Source of the DNA: Candidatus Micrarchaeota archaeon
Lineage (GTDB): Archaea > Micrarchaeota > Micrarchaeia > Anstonellales > Bilamarchaeaceae
Length of the DNA: 64,000 bases
NCBI GenBank assembly: GCA_043812915.1
Contig: JBDRLQ010000003.1
Coordinates: forward strand, 1-64,000
Direction: 5' to 3'
Shown: positions 1-8,670 of the stretch, piece after piece
Numbering within the stretch: position 1 is the stretch's first letter
Layout of the letters: each line of letters begins with the position of its first letter
The notes under the pieces: generated by a model
The model's input: the letters and a program-made list of their open reading frames with translations, nothing else
What the model was told of the DNA's origin: nothing
The model's database searches: none
Translations under genes and position numbers: made by a program

Positions 1-2
1 TG

Positions 3-377
3 CAGAAGGATGCAATGGAGGTCAACCGCGCGCTTCTTGAGAAGCATGGGTTTCACAACCTGGATACACTGTTGATATCCTATGTTGCCCACTGGCTAAA
101 TGACAAGGAAGGGACAGTTCGGAACATGGCCGAGCTTGTGCCAAAGGGGGCGAAAGTAGTGCTAGTAGAGGAATGGCCCCCTCTCGTAAACAGGAGCCCC
201 TACATGTCCGAGGAACTGGCCAGGAAAATAGAGGCCAGCATACTGCCGATCCCGCTCGAGGAATATTTCGCTCTTTGGGCGAAATATGGCTTCGTGCCTG
301 CTCCCGAGCCCAATAAGTTCTCGGCGCCCATAGATGCGATGCACAGCATGTATTCAAGGGTGCTAATCAGGCTCTGA
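3..377 (+). CDS. C-terminal part of a probable class I SAM-dependent methyltransferase (runs in from the window edge)
   Basis: Frame is open from position 3. LDTLLISYVAHW and LVPKGAKVVLVE resemble post-II/motif III of Rossmann methyltransferases; motif I is not in the window. Confidence 0.4.
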   Translation, partial: QKDAMEVNRALLEKHGFHNLDTLLISYVAHWLNDKEGTVRNMAELVPKGAKVVLVEEWPPLVNRSPYMSEELARKIEASILPIPLEEYFALWAKYGFVPAPEPNKFSAPIDAMHSMYSRVLIRL

Positions 378-386
378 AAAAAGAAG

Positions 387-501
387 CGCCAAGGGCAGGA
401 TTTGAACCTACAATCCCAAAGGGAGCGGTTTTCTCAAGGGGTTTGGCATCAATCCAGAACAGGTTCGAGACCGCCGCACTACCGGGTTATGCGACCTTGG
501 C
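387..501 (-). tRNA. tRNA-Ser(CGA) with a 33-nt intron at 37/38 (431..463)
   Basis: Acceptor stem GCCAAGG/CCTTGGC with G73, anticodon arm GCGGT-CT-CGA-A[intron]A-ACCGC, long variable arm TCCCTTTGGGA, T-loop TTCAAAT. BHB central helix CTCG/TGAG. Confidence 0.93.
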
Positions 502-572
502 ATGAATGGTGGACTTCCTTTGATTGCAATTCTTCTTTAATATTTCTGATTAACCTATTGCAGGTGTGAATC

Positions 573-1223
573 ATGATAGTCCTGAACCTTAAGACATATG
601 AGAAGAGTTTCGAAAAAGCCCTTTATTTTGCAGATATCGCAGGTGAAGTGGTTGAGGAGAGCGGCGTGAGAATCGTGCTCTGCCCGCCACAGCTTTTCCT
701 GAGGGATGCTGCTGAGCGCTTCTCGGATGTATTCGCGCAGCATGTGGATTCTGTGAGCCCGGGCGCGTTCACCGGCTCAATTCCAGCAGAGCTCCTGAGG
801 GTATGCAAGGTCAAAGGCTCATTGGTCAACCATTCAGAGATGAGAATTGGGACTGGGAAAGTGAAGGCTTCTGTGGAATCACTCCACAAAGCAGGGCTCG
901 AGAGCCTGGTGTGCGCTGAGAGCGCAAAGGAAGGATCTGAATTCGCTTCATTCTCGCCAACTTACATCGCGGTAGAGCCTCCAGAACTCATTGGCAGCGG
1001 GGTTAGCGTGTCAAACGCCCAGCCGGAAATCGTGACTGATTCGGTCAAGAAGATAAAAGACATCAACTCTAATATCAAGGTCCTCTGCGGAGCAGGCGTT
1101 AGCAACAAGGAGGATGTCCGTAAAGCCCTTGAGCTTGGAGCTGACGGGGTGCTGCTGGCCAGCGCCTTCGTCAAAGCCGAGGACCCTAAGGAATTCCTCA
1201 GAGGCCTTGCCTCGAACTTCTGA
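573..1223 (+). CDS. tpiA: Triosephosphate isomerase, archaeal short type
   Basis: NLKTY, GAFTG, LVNHSE, AVEPPELIGSG, LCGAGV and GVLLASA motifs. Confidence 0.97.
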   Translation: MIVLNLKTYEKSFEKALYFADIAGEVVEESGVRIVLCPPQLFLRDAAERFSDVFAQHVDSVSPGAFTGSIPAELLRVCKVKGSLVNHSEMRIGTGKVKASVESLHKAGLESLVCAESAKEGSEFASFSPTYIAVEPPELIGSGVSVSNAQPEIVTDSVKKIKDINSNIKVLCGAGVSNKEDVRKALELGADGVLLASAFVKAEDPKEFLRGLASNF

Positions 1224-1225
1224 TT

Positions 1226-3511
1226 TTACTTCCTTCTTATGAAGAATACGACCAGCAGCAGCGCGGGCAGTATAAACCCGATGCAGCAGCAGCCCTCATC
1301 ATTGTTCCCGAATCCAGGCATCTCCTGCGGGATGTAGGTCAGAGATGGGTCGTTATAGGATTTAATCGTAACTGTGGCGGTGCCCTTGTGGTCCACATAG
1401 ACAGTGCCTCCGCTTGCGACCTGGCCGTTCCCGAAAGCGTCGTACTTGTAATACTCCAACTCAACCTCCTTGGCCTGCGCCGCAGATGAATATTCCGGGT
1501 TCTGCTGAAGGAACCGCTTTGTCCTTTCAGCCGAGAGCTCATAGCGGACCATTGTGCCTTCGGGCACGAATATCCACTCCTCGGAGTCCCGCATGTCTCC
1601 TGATGCAAGGGCCTCTGGAATCTGCAGCTCATACTCTCCAGTCTGGTAATTCATCCCGACATGCCTGCCAGCCGAATCATAGGCGTGCAGGTCAATATCC
1701 GGCATGTCCTGCGACTCGCTGTTCCGGCTGGGCGGATTCGGGCCCTGGGGGTTCGGTACAGCTGGGGCGCCCGCCGGGGCTGCAACTGCCCCGGCCAGGT
1801 TGGCAGGTTTGAATTCTTCAATCTTGAATGTCGCGGTATATGGGCTGCCCGTTTCCGAAGTGAGCACAATCTGGAACTTGCTGGTCACGCTCTTCCAGAC
1901 CGAGCCGTTCCCTGCCGTGGAATATAATGTCGGCTTGGGATATGCCCGTCCGTCTGAGCTACCGACCGTAGGCATGCTTTGCGGTGTCATCAGATTCACC
2001 ACATAGTGCTTGTTCGGGTGGTCGAAGCGAACGAAATAGATATTGAGCCCTGACTCAGGGGCGCCGTAAGTTGCCGAAGCGTCCCTTGCCTCTATTATGT
2101 AATACTGTTCTGGGTCGGCAGACCGCGGGTCATCGAGCACCAGGGTGAATTCCCCCATATCCTTGTTCTCGATGGCCGTCTCTGTATAGCTGTTGTTCAC
2201 CGAAACGCTCTGGTACCTGAGCCACCCTGCTCCCTCCTTGGTAAAGGCGCTCATGTGGGTGGGGGCACTTCCCTTGGGGCTGCCCCAGTAGTTGCCGTTG
2301 CCCATCAGGCCCCAAGTATCTATGTTCCCATACTGCCAGGCTGGCTTGCCAGCGTAGTTGTACCTGTCATTAATCCTGAAGAACGCCGTTCCGTCTGCCG
2401 CATGCTTGGAATACAGCGAGTGGCCGAATTCGTGCGCCCAGTCCCCGACAGTATCCTGCTCGGATACCAGGATGATGTTCCGCACGTATATCTTGCTCTT
2501 TCCCTTTGCCCCGTCCACTTCCACGAAGTAGTTCGGGTCCCTCCATCTGCAGGCTGTCGAGAATGGGGCGTTTGCGTCCTCCTGCGCCGCGGGCCCCGGA
2601 TAAACAATCACAACCCTATCGAGGTAGACCTCGCTTCCAAGGTCGGTCCCGGCGAATGCCTTCTTCAGGGCGGCCTGGGCAATCTCGATATCTCCCGTGT
2701 TGGATGATGAATAAGTGGCCATGGCGGGTCCTACATTGTACCAGTCGGAGGTTCCGGACGAGCCGTCGGCGTCCTTGAAGGTGAACGTGAAATCAACCCT
2801 GTTGTATGCATTCCATGAGTAGTATGTATTGACCCCATCCGCAATCTGCTGGTAATTGCTGATTTTCTTTGTTCCCATCTTGTCGGCCGTCCCGGTGAGG
2901 ATTACCACAGTGTCCCCGATTCCGCAGAGGTTCTCGCCCTCCGAGGCCGCATAGAGGGCGTTGGCAATCATCTTCTCGTTCCCGTAGCCTGTCTGGTCCT
3001 GCACCCCGAAGACGTATTTCCCGCATCTCCAGACCACGGTTCCGTATGAATCTGCACAGAGCGGGACATCGTTCGCTGTCGTTCCCATCTCACTGGCAAT
3101 CATTTGGGCAATCCACTTGATTGCCTTGAATGTCAAGTCCAGCGTCGTCCCCTCCTTTGGATTGCATATCTGGTCCCCCTGCTGCATTATGATTGCCTGC
3201 CTCCCGTGGAATGTCCCCCTGGTCATTCCATTGTCCTGGAGGAGCTGGAGGACGTTCTGTGCGTCCGTATCGGATGTCATCACCGCGATGAAGGCGAAGA
3301 CGGACGGTTCCTCGGAGTATCCCCCTGTGGGGGTCACCTGGTAGGACGTTCCGGCCGAACCGGGCCTTGGGCCCGTGCTGGTCGGCCAGCCCAGCGACTG
3401 TGCCGTGTTCACGACAACGCGCTCTGCGCGCGCTTCATCGCTCTCGAATCCTTGGGCAAAAACCAAGGGCGAGAGTAAAACCAGAATCATAATCAATATG
3501 CAGGCTCTCAT
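1226..3511 (-). CDS. Secreted, membrane-anchored M6-family (immune inhibitor A-like) metalloprotease
   Basis: Signal peptide, HEFGH zinc motif, Met-turn WGLMGNG, PTHMSAFTK..GW and EQYYIIEAR. C-terminal Cys-TM-basic tail GCCCIGFILPALLLVVFFIRRK. Confidence 0.85.
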   Translation of the reverse strand: MRACILIMILVLLSPLVFAQGFESDEARAERVVVNTAQSLGWPTSTGPRPGSAGTSYQVTPTGGYSEEPSVFAFIAVMTSDTDAQNVLQLLQDNGMTRGTFHGRQAIIMQQGDQICNPKEGTTLDLTFKAIKWIAQMIASEMGTTANDVPLCADSYGTVVWRCGKYVFGVQDQTGYGNEKMIANALYAASEGENLCGIGDTVVILTGTADKMGTKKISNYQQIADGVNTYYSWNAYNRVDFTFTFKDADGSSGTSDWYNVGPAMATYSSSNTGDIEIAQAALKKAFAGTDLGSEVYLDRVVIVYPGPAAQEDANAPFSTACRWRDPNYFVEVDGAKGKSKIYVRNIILVSEQDTVGDWAHEFGHSLYSKHAADGTAFFRINDRYNYAGKPAWQYGNIDTWGLMGNGNYWGSPKGSAPTHMSAFTKEGAGWLRYQSVSVNNSYTETAIENKDMGEFTLVLDDPRSADPEQYYIIEARDASATYGAPESGLNIYFVRFDHPNKHYVVNLMTPQSMPTVGSSDGRAYPKPTLYSTAGNGSVWKSVTSKFQIVLTSETGSPYTATFKIEEFKPANLAGAVAAPAGAPAVPNPQGPNPPSRNSESQDMPDIDLHAYDSAGRHVGMNYQTGEYELQIPEALASGDMRDSEEWIFVPEGTMVRYELSAERTKRFLQQNPEYSSAAQAKEVELEYYKYDAFGNGQVASGGTVYVDHKGTATVTIKSYNDPSLTYIPQEMPGFGNNDEGCCCIGFILPALLLVVFFIRRK

Positions 3512-3578
3512 GAGGAGCAATCGCACTTTATGCTTATAAAAACCTTTTGTATTATGATAAAACGATATTTCATGATTC

Positions 3579-3652
3579 GCGGTTGTAGTCTAATCTGGTT
3601 AGGACTTAGGCCTTCCAAGCCTATAATCCGGGTTCAAATCCCGGCGACCGCA
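3579..3652 (+). tRNA. tRNA-Gly(TCC)
   Basis: GCGGTTG/CGACCGC acceptor stem with A73, anticodon arm TAGGC-CT-TCC-AA-GCCTA, T-arm CCGGG-TTCAAAT-CCCGG. Confidence 0.96.
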
Positions 3653-3765
3653 TCTACGCGTCTATTGCAGGGGTGAAAAGGCCCCACGCAATCCCTTTAA
3701 AATCTAACGTAATACAGTGATTAGATACTCTTTAATCACAATTTCACATTCACAGAGTGATACTT

Positions 3766-4293
3766 ATGGCAGGAATAAGACCCGGAAGAGCAATCAGGGA
3801 TGCAGACAAGGTGGCCTGGACCAGGTTCTCCAGGCGCAAGCCCAGAAGGTCCTTTATCAAGGCGATGCCCCACGGCAATCTCCACCAGTACAGGATGGGC
3901 GTCATTAAGGAAGACTTCGACCTGGTGGTGCACCTGAACAGCCTTGAGCCAATCATTATCAGGGACAACGCCATGGAAAGCGCCAGGCAGACCGCCAACA
4001 AGCTCCTTGAAGCCAGGCTGGCCGGAAACTACTACTTCATCGTCAGGGTATATCCGCACCACGTCACCAGGGAGAACAAGATGATTGCAGGGGCCGGTGC
4101 AGACCGTCTCCAAAAGGGCATGAGAAGGGCATTTGGAAGGCCTTCCAGCAGGGCCGCAAGGCTCGGTGTCGGAACCTCGCTCTTTACTATCCACACATTC
4201 AAGGCGAACCTCCCGGTTGTACGGGCGGCTCTTGTAAAGGCAAAGAAGAAACTCTCCGGGACCTATCGGATGGTCGTCGAAGAAAAAAACTGA
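3766..4293 (+). CDS. rpl10e: 50S ribosomal protein uL16 (L10e)
   Basis: RVYPHHVTRENKMIAGAGADRLQKGMRRAFGRP signature. Confidence 0.97.
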   Translation: MAGIRPGRAIRDADKVAWTRFSRRKPRRSFIKAMPHGNLHQYRMGVIKEDFDLVVHLNSLEPIIIRDNAMESARQTANKLLEARLAGNYYFIVRVYPHHVTRENKMIAGAGADRLQKGMRRAFGRPSSRAARLGVGTSLFTIHTFKANLPVVRAALVKAKKKLSGTYRMVVEEKN

Positions 4294-4320
4294 TTTTTTA
4301 GATTTTTTTTATTTATTCTT
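4294..4320 (+). terminator. T-rich tract, probable archaeal intrinsic terminator between convergent genes
   Basis: TTTTTTAGATTTTTTTTATTTATT directly after the rpl10e stop. Confidence 0.45.
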
Positions 4321-5448
4321 CTACTTGACATAGCCTTTGGCAAAGAGCACGAATGCCCCGACAAGCAGCGCGCAGGCGAAAAATAGGGGCGTGAATCCGA
4401 ATGCCGCTATTACCAGGCCCCCTATTGACATGAACAGGAATTCCGAGATTCTCAGGGGCACATGCAGCACCGCTATCTCAGTCGATATGTTTTTGCTGCC
4501 CTTTACCGCGTCGGCCAGTATGCATTCTGCCAGGATGTTCGCGCACCCGTTTCCAGCCGCAAGAATGAATACGAGCGGGAAGATGTTTTCCCCGAGGGCT
4601 GGGAATAACAGCAGCGCCGGCACCATCAGGAACGTGAACAGGAGCAGCGGCCTCCCGCCAAGCCTCATTTTCAGGAATAGCAGCATCACAAGGCCCGAGA
4701 AAACTGGCAGGATTGCCAGCATAATCCCGGTCTTTTCAGGGCTGAATCCCAGTTCCGCAGAAGCGAAGAGGGGCAGCAGGAAGCCGAGCAGGATATTGAT
4801 GTTCAGGGAAACCGATGTTATGCCGATTGAATTGAACCAGAAGCTCCTCTCGCGTTTTGAGAAAATCCTCCTGACGGTCTTCATGTCTATCTCTATCGCA
4901 GATGGCTTCCCGGAGTTGAATGACAGTGAGAGTAGCAGAAGGCCAATTGAGAGAAATGCAAGAATCCAGAGTGAGCCTGAAAACGAGAAGTAGGCAATCA
5001 TGAAACCGACCGCCAGCCGCCCGGCTCCATCCGCCATCCTCTGGAAACCGCCGAAGAAAGCCAGTGTGTTACCCGCCCTCTCCCCTGTCCTGAAAGAGAG
5101 GATGTCCGTCCTTATAACGGCCCAGAAGCCCGAGGCCCTGATGCTCTCGAAAAACCTGGCCAGCATGAAGGCCGCCGGATTGATTGCGATAGAATATATC
5201 ATTATCGATACTATGCTCGCGGCGGAATAGACTATGCTTATTGCCCTCGTTCCGGCCCCGTCTGCCATGCTTGCAAAGATTATCCTAAGGATCATGAATC
5301 CGAGGGGCATGATTGAAAGGATAAGCCCGACGACCGCAATATCCATTTCCTTCTCAATCAGGTAAAGCGGGACAAGCACTCCCATGGCTGCAACTATGAA
5401 GCTGTATGCCATGTTCATTGCCATTAAGGTTCGGAGGGGGTTTGCCAC
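4321..5448 (-). CDS. MFS transporter
   Basis: About 12 hydrophobic segments and motif A-like ASMADGAGTR. Start moved to GTG 5448 because the longer ORF overlaps the SRP RNA; a TTTTTATT box lies about 25 nt upstream. Confidence 0.85.
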   Translation of the reverse strand: MANPLRTLMAMNMAYSFIVAAMGVLVPLYLIEKEMDIAVVGLILSIMPLGFMILRIIFASMADGAGTRAISIVYSAASIVSIMIYSIAINPAAFMLARFFESIRASGFWAVIRTDILSFRTGERAGNTLAFFGGFQRMADGAGRLAVGFMIAYFSFSGSLWILAFLSIGLLLLSLSFNSGKPSAIEIDMKTVRRIFSKRERSFWFNSIGITSVSLNINILLGFLLPLFASAELGFSPEKTGIMLAILPVFSGLVMLLFLKMRLGGRPLLLFTFLMVPALLLFPALGENIFPLVFILAAGNGCANILAECILADAVKGSKNISTEIAVLHVPLRISEFLFMSIGGLVIAAFGFTPLFFACALLVGAFVLFAKGYVK

Positions 5449-5487
5449 TAAGAACAATCTGCATTTCCAGAATAAAAACCCATAAGT

Positions 5488-5742
5488 AGCGGGCTTCCCG
5501 GTTTGCTCCGGAAAAACATACAAGGAGCCCAGACCCTCTGCTCAATCCTGGTACTCACAAGCACGGAACAAAACGCTTAGGGCTGCTTCTTTCGACCTGA
5601 CCCGGTTCACGAGTTGACCCGCCACGTGAGGCAGGACGTCAACACTTCAGGAATGGGGCATGCATATTATCCAAAACGCCCCGGGCATTCGAGTCACCTA
5701 AGGGGACTTGTGAAGCCGGGACCCCTAGCCCCGCTCTAGCCC
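5488..5742 (-). ncRNA. ffs: Signal recognition particle RNA (archaeal 7S-type, apparently shortened)
   Basis: Helix 8 GGGTCAGGTC-GAAA-GAAGCAGCCC with CAGG/AGCA symmetric loop, helix 6 GTTGAC...GTCAAC, and 5' GGGCT able to pair with 3' AGCCC. Ends are approximate. Confidence 0.88.
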
Positions 5743-5855
5743 AATTATTACTTTGTTCTGACGGTATAAATATCTTTCGAATATGCCATTTCCTCCCTGC
5801 CAACCCGTTCTGGGGCGGCACCAGGGTAATATTCATGTTTTCCTATTGTATTATC

Positions 5856-6614
5856 ATGGACATAAACCACTCATGGAAAGCGACATGCAGGATATTGCTC
5901 GGAGATGAAATAGGCGATATCGACGACTACCAGGATTACCTGCTGCAGTACGTCTCCAATGGGAAGAATGTCCAGTCATCGATCTCGGGCAAGGACGTCA
6001 TCGTGCCAGCCAACGGCAGCTATGGAAGCGCGAAGTTCATCAGCAATGACGAGCGGGAGAAGTATGCCGCGCTAACAGGCAAGTTTGAGCTGAACCTGGA
6101 CGAGATAAAGGACATCGATTCGATTACGGATGCCCTGAAAGAGAGAATCTATTATTCCGGCAATGTCGTCCTGGGGAATTCGAAGGATGTAGGGCTCTCC
6201 AACCGCATATCGAATTCAACTTCGGTCTATCGCTCAGAGGGCCTGTCTGACAGTAAGCATTCCGGTTACTGCTGCATGGTACGTTATGCAGACCACGCCT
6301 TCGGCTGCAGCACTGGCGGCGACTGCAAGTTCAGCATAAAGGCCTTCGAGGTCTACAAGACAATGCGGTGCATGGAGACCCTGAGGGTGTATACTTCTTC
6401 AGATTGCTACTACTCCTCCAACCTTGAGAGCTGCTCGGACTGCATGTTCTCATTCAACCAGAGGAACAGCAGGAACATGATTGGGAACCTTCAGCTCCCT
6501 CCAGAGCGGTATGCAGCAATCAAAGCCAAGCTGGTAGGGGACTTCCGGGAGAACCTTCGGGCGAAAAAGAAGGTGATGTCTATTGTGGAGCTAATCGGTG
6601 ATGGCAATGAATGA
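5856..6614 (+). CDS. Cys/Ser-rich repeat hypothetical protein (paralog 1)
   Basis: C-terminal S.DCYYS.NLESCSDCMFSFN..N...MIGN repeats; homologous to the next gene. Confidence 0.75.
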   Translation: MDINHSWKATCRILLGDEIGDIDDYQDYLLQYVSNGKNVQSSISGKDVIVPANGSYGSAKFISNDEREKYAALTGKFELNLDEIKDIDSITDALKERIYYSGNVVLGNSKDVGLSNRISNSTSVYRSEGLSDSKHSGYCCMVRYADHAFGCSTGGDCKFSIKAFEVYKTMRCMETLRVYTSSDCYYSSNLESCSDCMFSFNQRNSRNMIGNLQLPPERYAAIKAKLVGDFRENLRAKKKVMSIVELIGDGNE

Positions 6615-7365
6615 CGCGATAGAGAATGCTTTCCAGAGGACGACGAAAATCCTGTTCGGGTCAGCCCTGGCAAACCTGGAGCAGTACAAGGAGTGGCTGC
6701 TGGAGAATGTGGAGCCCACTCTCGAGACAAAATCAATAATCAACGGGGAGGCAATCTACGCTCCGTCATCCCCTTTCTTCAGTGATATCCTCCACAATAT
6801 GGTCACCCTGGACGAGTCCCTGAAGCTTGGGAAGAATTCAATCTCAGAGCAGCAGGCAGGGGAACTTACCATTTCAAACGCTTCTGAAATCCTCGGGAGG
6901 CTAAGGAGCGTTAGCCCGGATGTCATTTTCGACCGGAATACCGAAATCACAAGGTGCGCGGCGTATATGGGCTCCCACTACTGCATAGACAGCTCATATG
7001 TCGGATTCTCGAAGTACCTGGCATACTGCTTCTGGCCAAGGGAATCAGAGCGTGTATTCGGCTCTGTGCTGCTCTTTTCCTCGAGCTTCTGCATCAACTG
7101 CTATTATTCCACAAACCTCTCCAGGTGCTTCGAGCTTGATAGCTGCGACAACTGCAGCGACTGCTATTTCTGTCACAACTGCGAGAATCTCCGCGACTGC
7201 ATGTTCTGCTTCAATATCAAGGGAAAGAAGCATGCCATTGGCAATGTGGAGATCGGAAGAGGGGAGTACGAGCGGATAAGGAAGCTCCTGCTGGCAGATA
7301 TCTGCAGCAGGCTGGAGAAAACGAAGAAGCTTGGTAAAAATATCTACAATATTTCAGAAGGCTAG
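6607..7365 (+). CDS. Cys-rich repeat hypothetical protein (paralog 2)
   Basis: CINCYYS.NLSRCFELDSCDNCSDCYFCHNCENLRDCMFCFN; GGTGA RBS; overlaps the upstream stop. Confidence 0.8.
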   Translation: MNDAIENAFQRTTKILFGSALANLEQYKEWLLENVEPTLETKSIINGEAIYAPSSPFFSDILHNMVTLDESLKLGKNSISEQQAGELTISNASEILGRLRSVSPDVIFDRNTEITRCAAYMGSHYCIDSSYVGFSKYLAYCFWPRESERVFGSVLLFSSSFCINCYYSTNLSRCFELDSCDNCSDCYFCHNCENLRDCMFCFNIKGKKHAIGNVEIGRGEYERIRKLLLADICSRLEKTKKLGKNIYNISEG

Positions 7366-7367
7366 CC

Positions 7368-7913
7368 TCAGTTGGCGTACCTTACCCTGCCCTCAACGTC
7401 TTTCACGCGCTTCAGGACGGATACTGCCTTGGGATAGGCGCCGTATCCCTCCAGGAAGGCCTTCTTCCTGTCAATTGCCCGGAGCATGGTAAAAACATCA
7501 ACAGCCCGGTCCTCAATGTCCTTGGAGATGAACCCCAGGCCGAAATCAATCACAAACAGCTCTTTTCCTGCCTTCAGGATATTGGCGGGGGTGTAATCCC
7601 CGTGGATGATGTCCGCGCTGTGCAGTTTTGCGAGCATCCTGCCACACTCCCTGCACTCCGCCTCGCTCATCCTGGGCCTCTTCCCATGGATTATGCTCAT
7701 GGAAATGGAAAAATCATCTACCTGCAGCACCGTGGGACATGGAACGCCCTCGCGCTTTGCCTTGTGCAGCAATCTCGCCTCTGATTTCGTGCGCTCGCGG
7801 CGGAGCCGCTCATCCAGCTTCCTCACCCGGTAGCCCTTGGCAATCCTGTCTTTGATTAGGATGCCTTCTCCGAGCAGCCTCCCCTTCCTGACAATTGCCT
7901 CTGCGCCGCGCAT
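7368..7913 (-). CDS. bud32: KEOPS complex kinase/ATPase Bud32
   Basis: RGAEA, K.RI.KGYR...LD..LR..RT..EA, IIHGD.T..NI, IDFGLG, EDRAVD and C-terminal GRVRY. Start ATG 7913 follows GGGTGA. Confidence 0.93.
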   Translation of the reverse strand: MRGAEAIVRKGRLLGEGILIKDRIAKGYRVRKLDERLRRERTKSEARLLHKAKREGVPCPTVLQVDDFSISMSIIHGKRPRMSEAECRECGRMLAKLHSADIIHGDYTPANILKAGKELFVIDFGLGFISKDIEDRAVDVFTMLRAIDRKKAFLEGYGAYPKAVSVLKRVKDVEGRVRYAN

Positions 7914-7918
7914 GAAAG

Positions 7919-8659
7919 TCACCCAAAGAACAGCTTGGAGAATATCATGGCTATCAGGAAGATGAATATCCAGCCGATAATCATGCTCACCGGGAACAGC
8001 GTCAGCGAGATGAGCAGAAGGAAGCCGGTGAACCCTACCCATATCAGTTTGTTCCACCTGAAGACCTTGCTTCCATCCAGTGGAAACGCGGGAATCATGT
8101 TGAACATGGCCAGGATGAGGTTTATCGCCATGCCGAATTCCCACACATTGACAGCGCCACGGTTGATTCCGAAGAAGCTCCATTCAGAGAGCGTTGTGAA
8201 GTGCTGGGTCATCGGAAGCAGGATAATCAGAATCGCGAACATCGACATTATGATGAGATTTGTTATGGGCCCTGCCAGGGATATTATCCCGTTCTGCCTT
8301 GGCGTAATGTCCCTGGAATAGATATACACCGCCCCCGGAGCTGCGAAGAGCACCCCGAAGAACGATGTAATCAGCATGAAAACCAGCCCCTGCACCCACA
8401 TGCGGAACCTTGCCTGTGCGCCGTAATAGATGGCGGCCACCTTGTGCCCCATCTCATGGAGTATGAATCCGCTTCCAATCGTTACAAGCGAGAGCATCAG
8501 GAACGCGACCATCTCCCCTGGATACGCGAGCATGCCGTCCAGCCCTATGAATATCATTGAGAATGCGAATGATATGGCAAGCACGCTCACCACCATCTGG
8601 AATAGCTCGTCCGGGCCCACTTTGAAGGGCTCAACCTTCGTTATTGTTTTTCTGTTTAT
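7919..8659 (-). CDS. Site-2 (M50) intramembrane metalloprotease
   Basis: HEMGH, FAAPGAV, ISLAGP and FNMIPAFPLDG motifs. Start probably ATA 8659; alternative GTG 8620. Confidence 0.93.
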   Translation of the reverse strand: MNRKTITKVEPFKVGPDELFQMVVSVLAISFAFSMIFIGLDGMLAYPGEMVAFLMLSLVTIGSGFILHEMGHKVAAIYYGAQARFRMWVQGLVFMLITSFFGVLFAAPGAVYIYSRDITPRQNGIISLAGPITNLIIMSMFAILIILLPMTQHFTTLSEWSFFGINRGAVNVWEFGMAINLILAMFNMIPAFPLDGSKVFRWNKLIWVGFTGFLLLISLTLFPVSMIIGWIFIFLIAMIFSKLFFG

Positions 8660-8670
8660 GGTATCACCAG

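Noticed and set aside
5449..5523. Longer N-terminus for the MFS transporter
   Set aside because: Overlaps the SRP RNA 3' end and is not transporter-like.
7914..8183. N-terminal extension of Bud32
   Set aside because: Overlaps the M50 gene in another frame; homology and the RBS start at ATG 7913.
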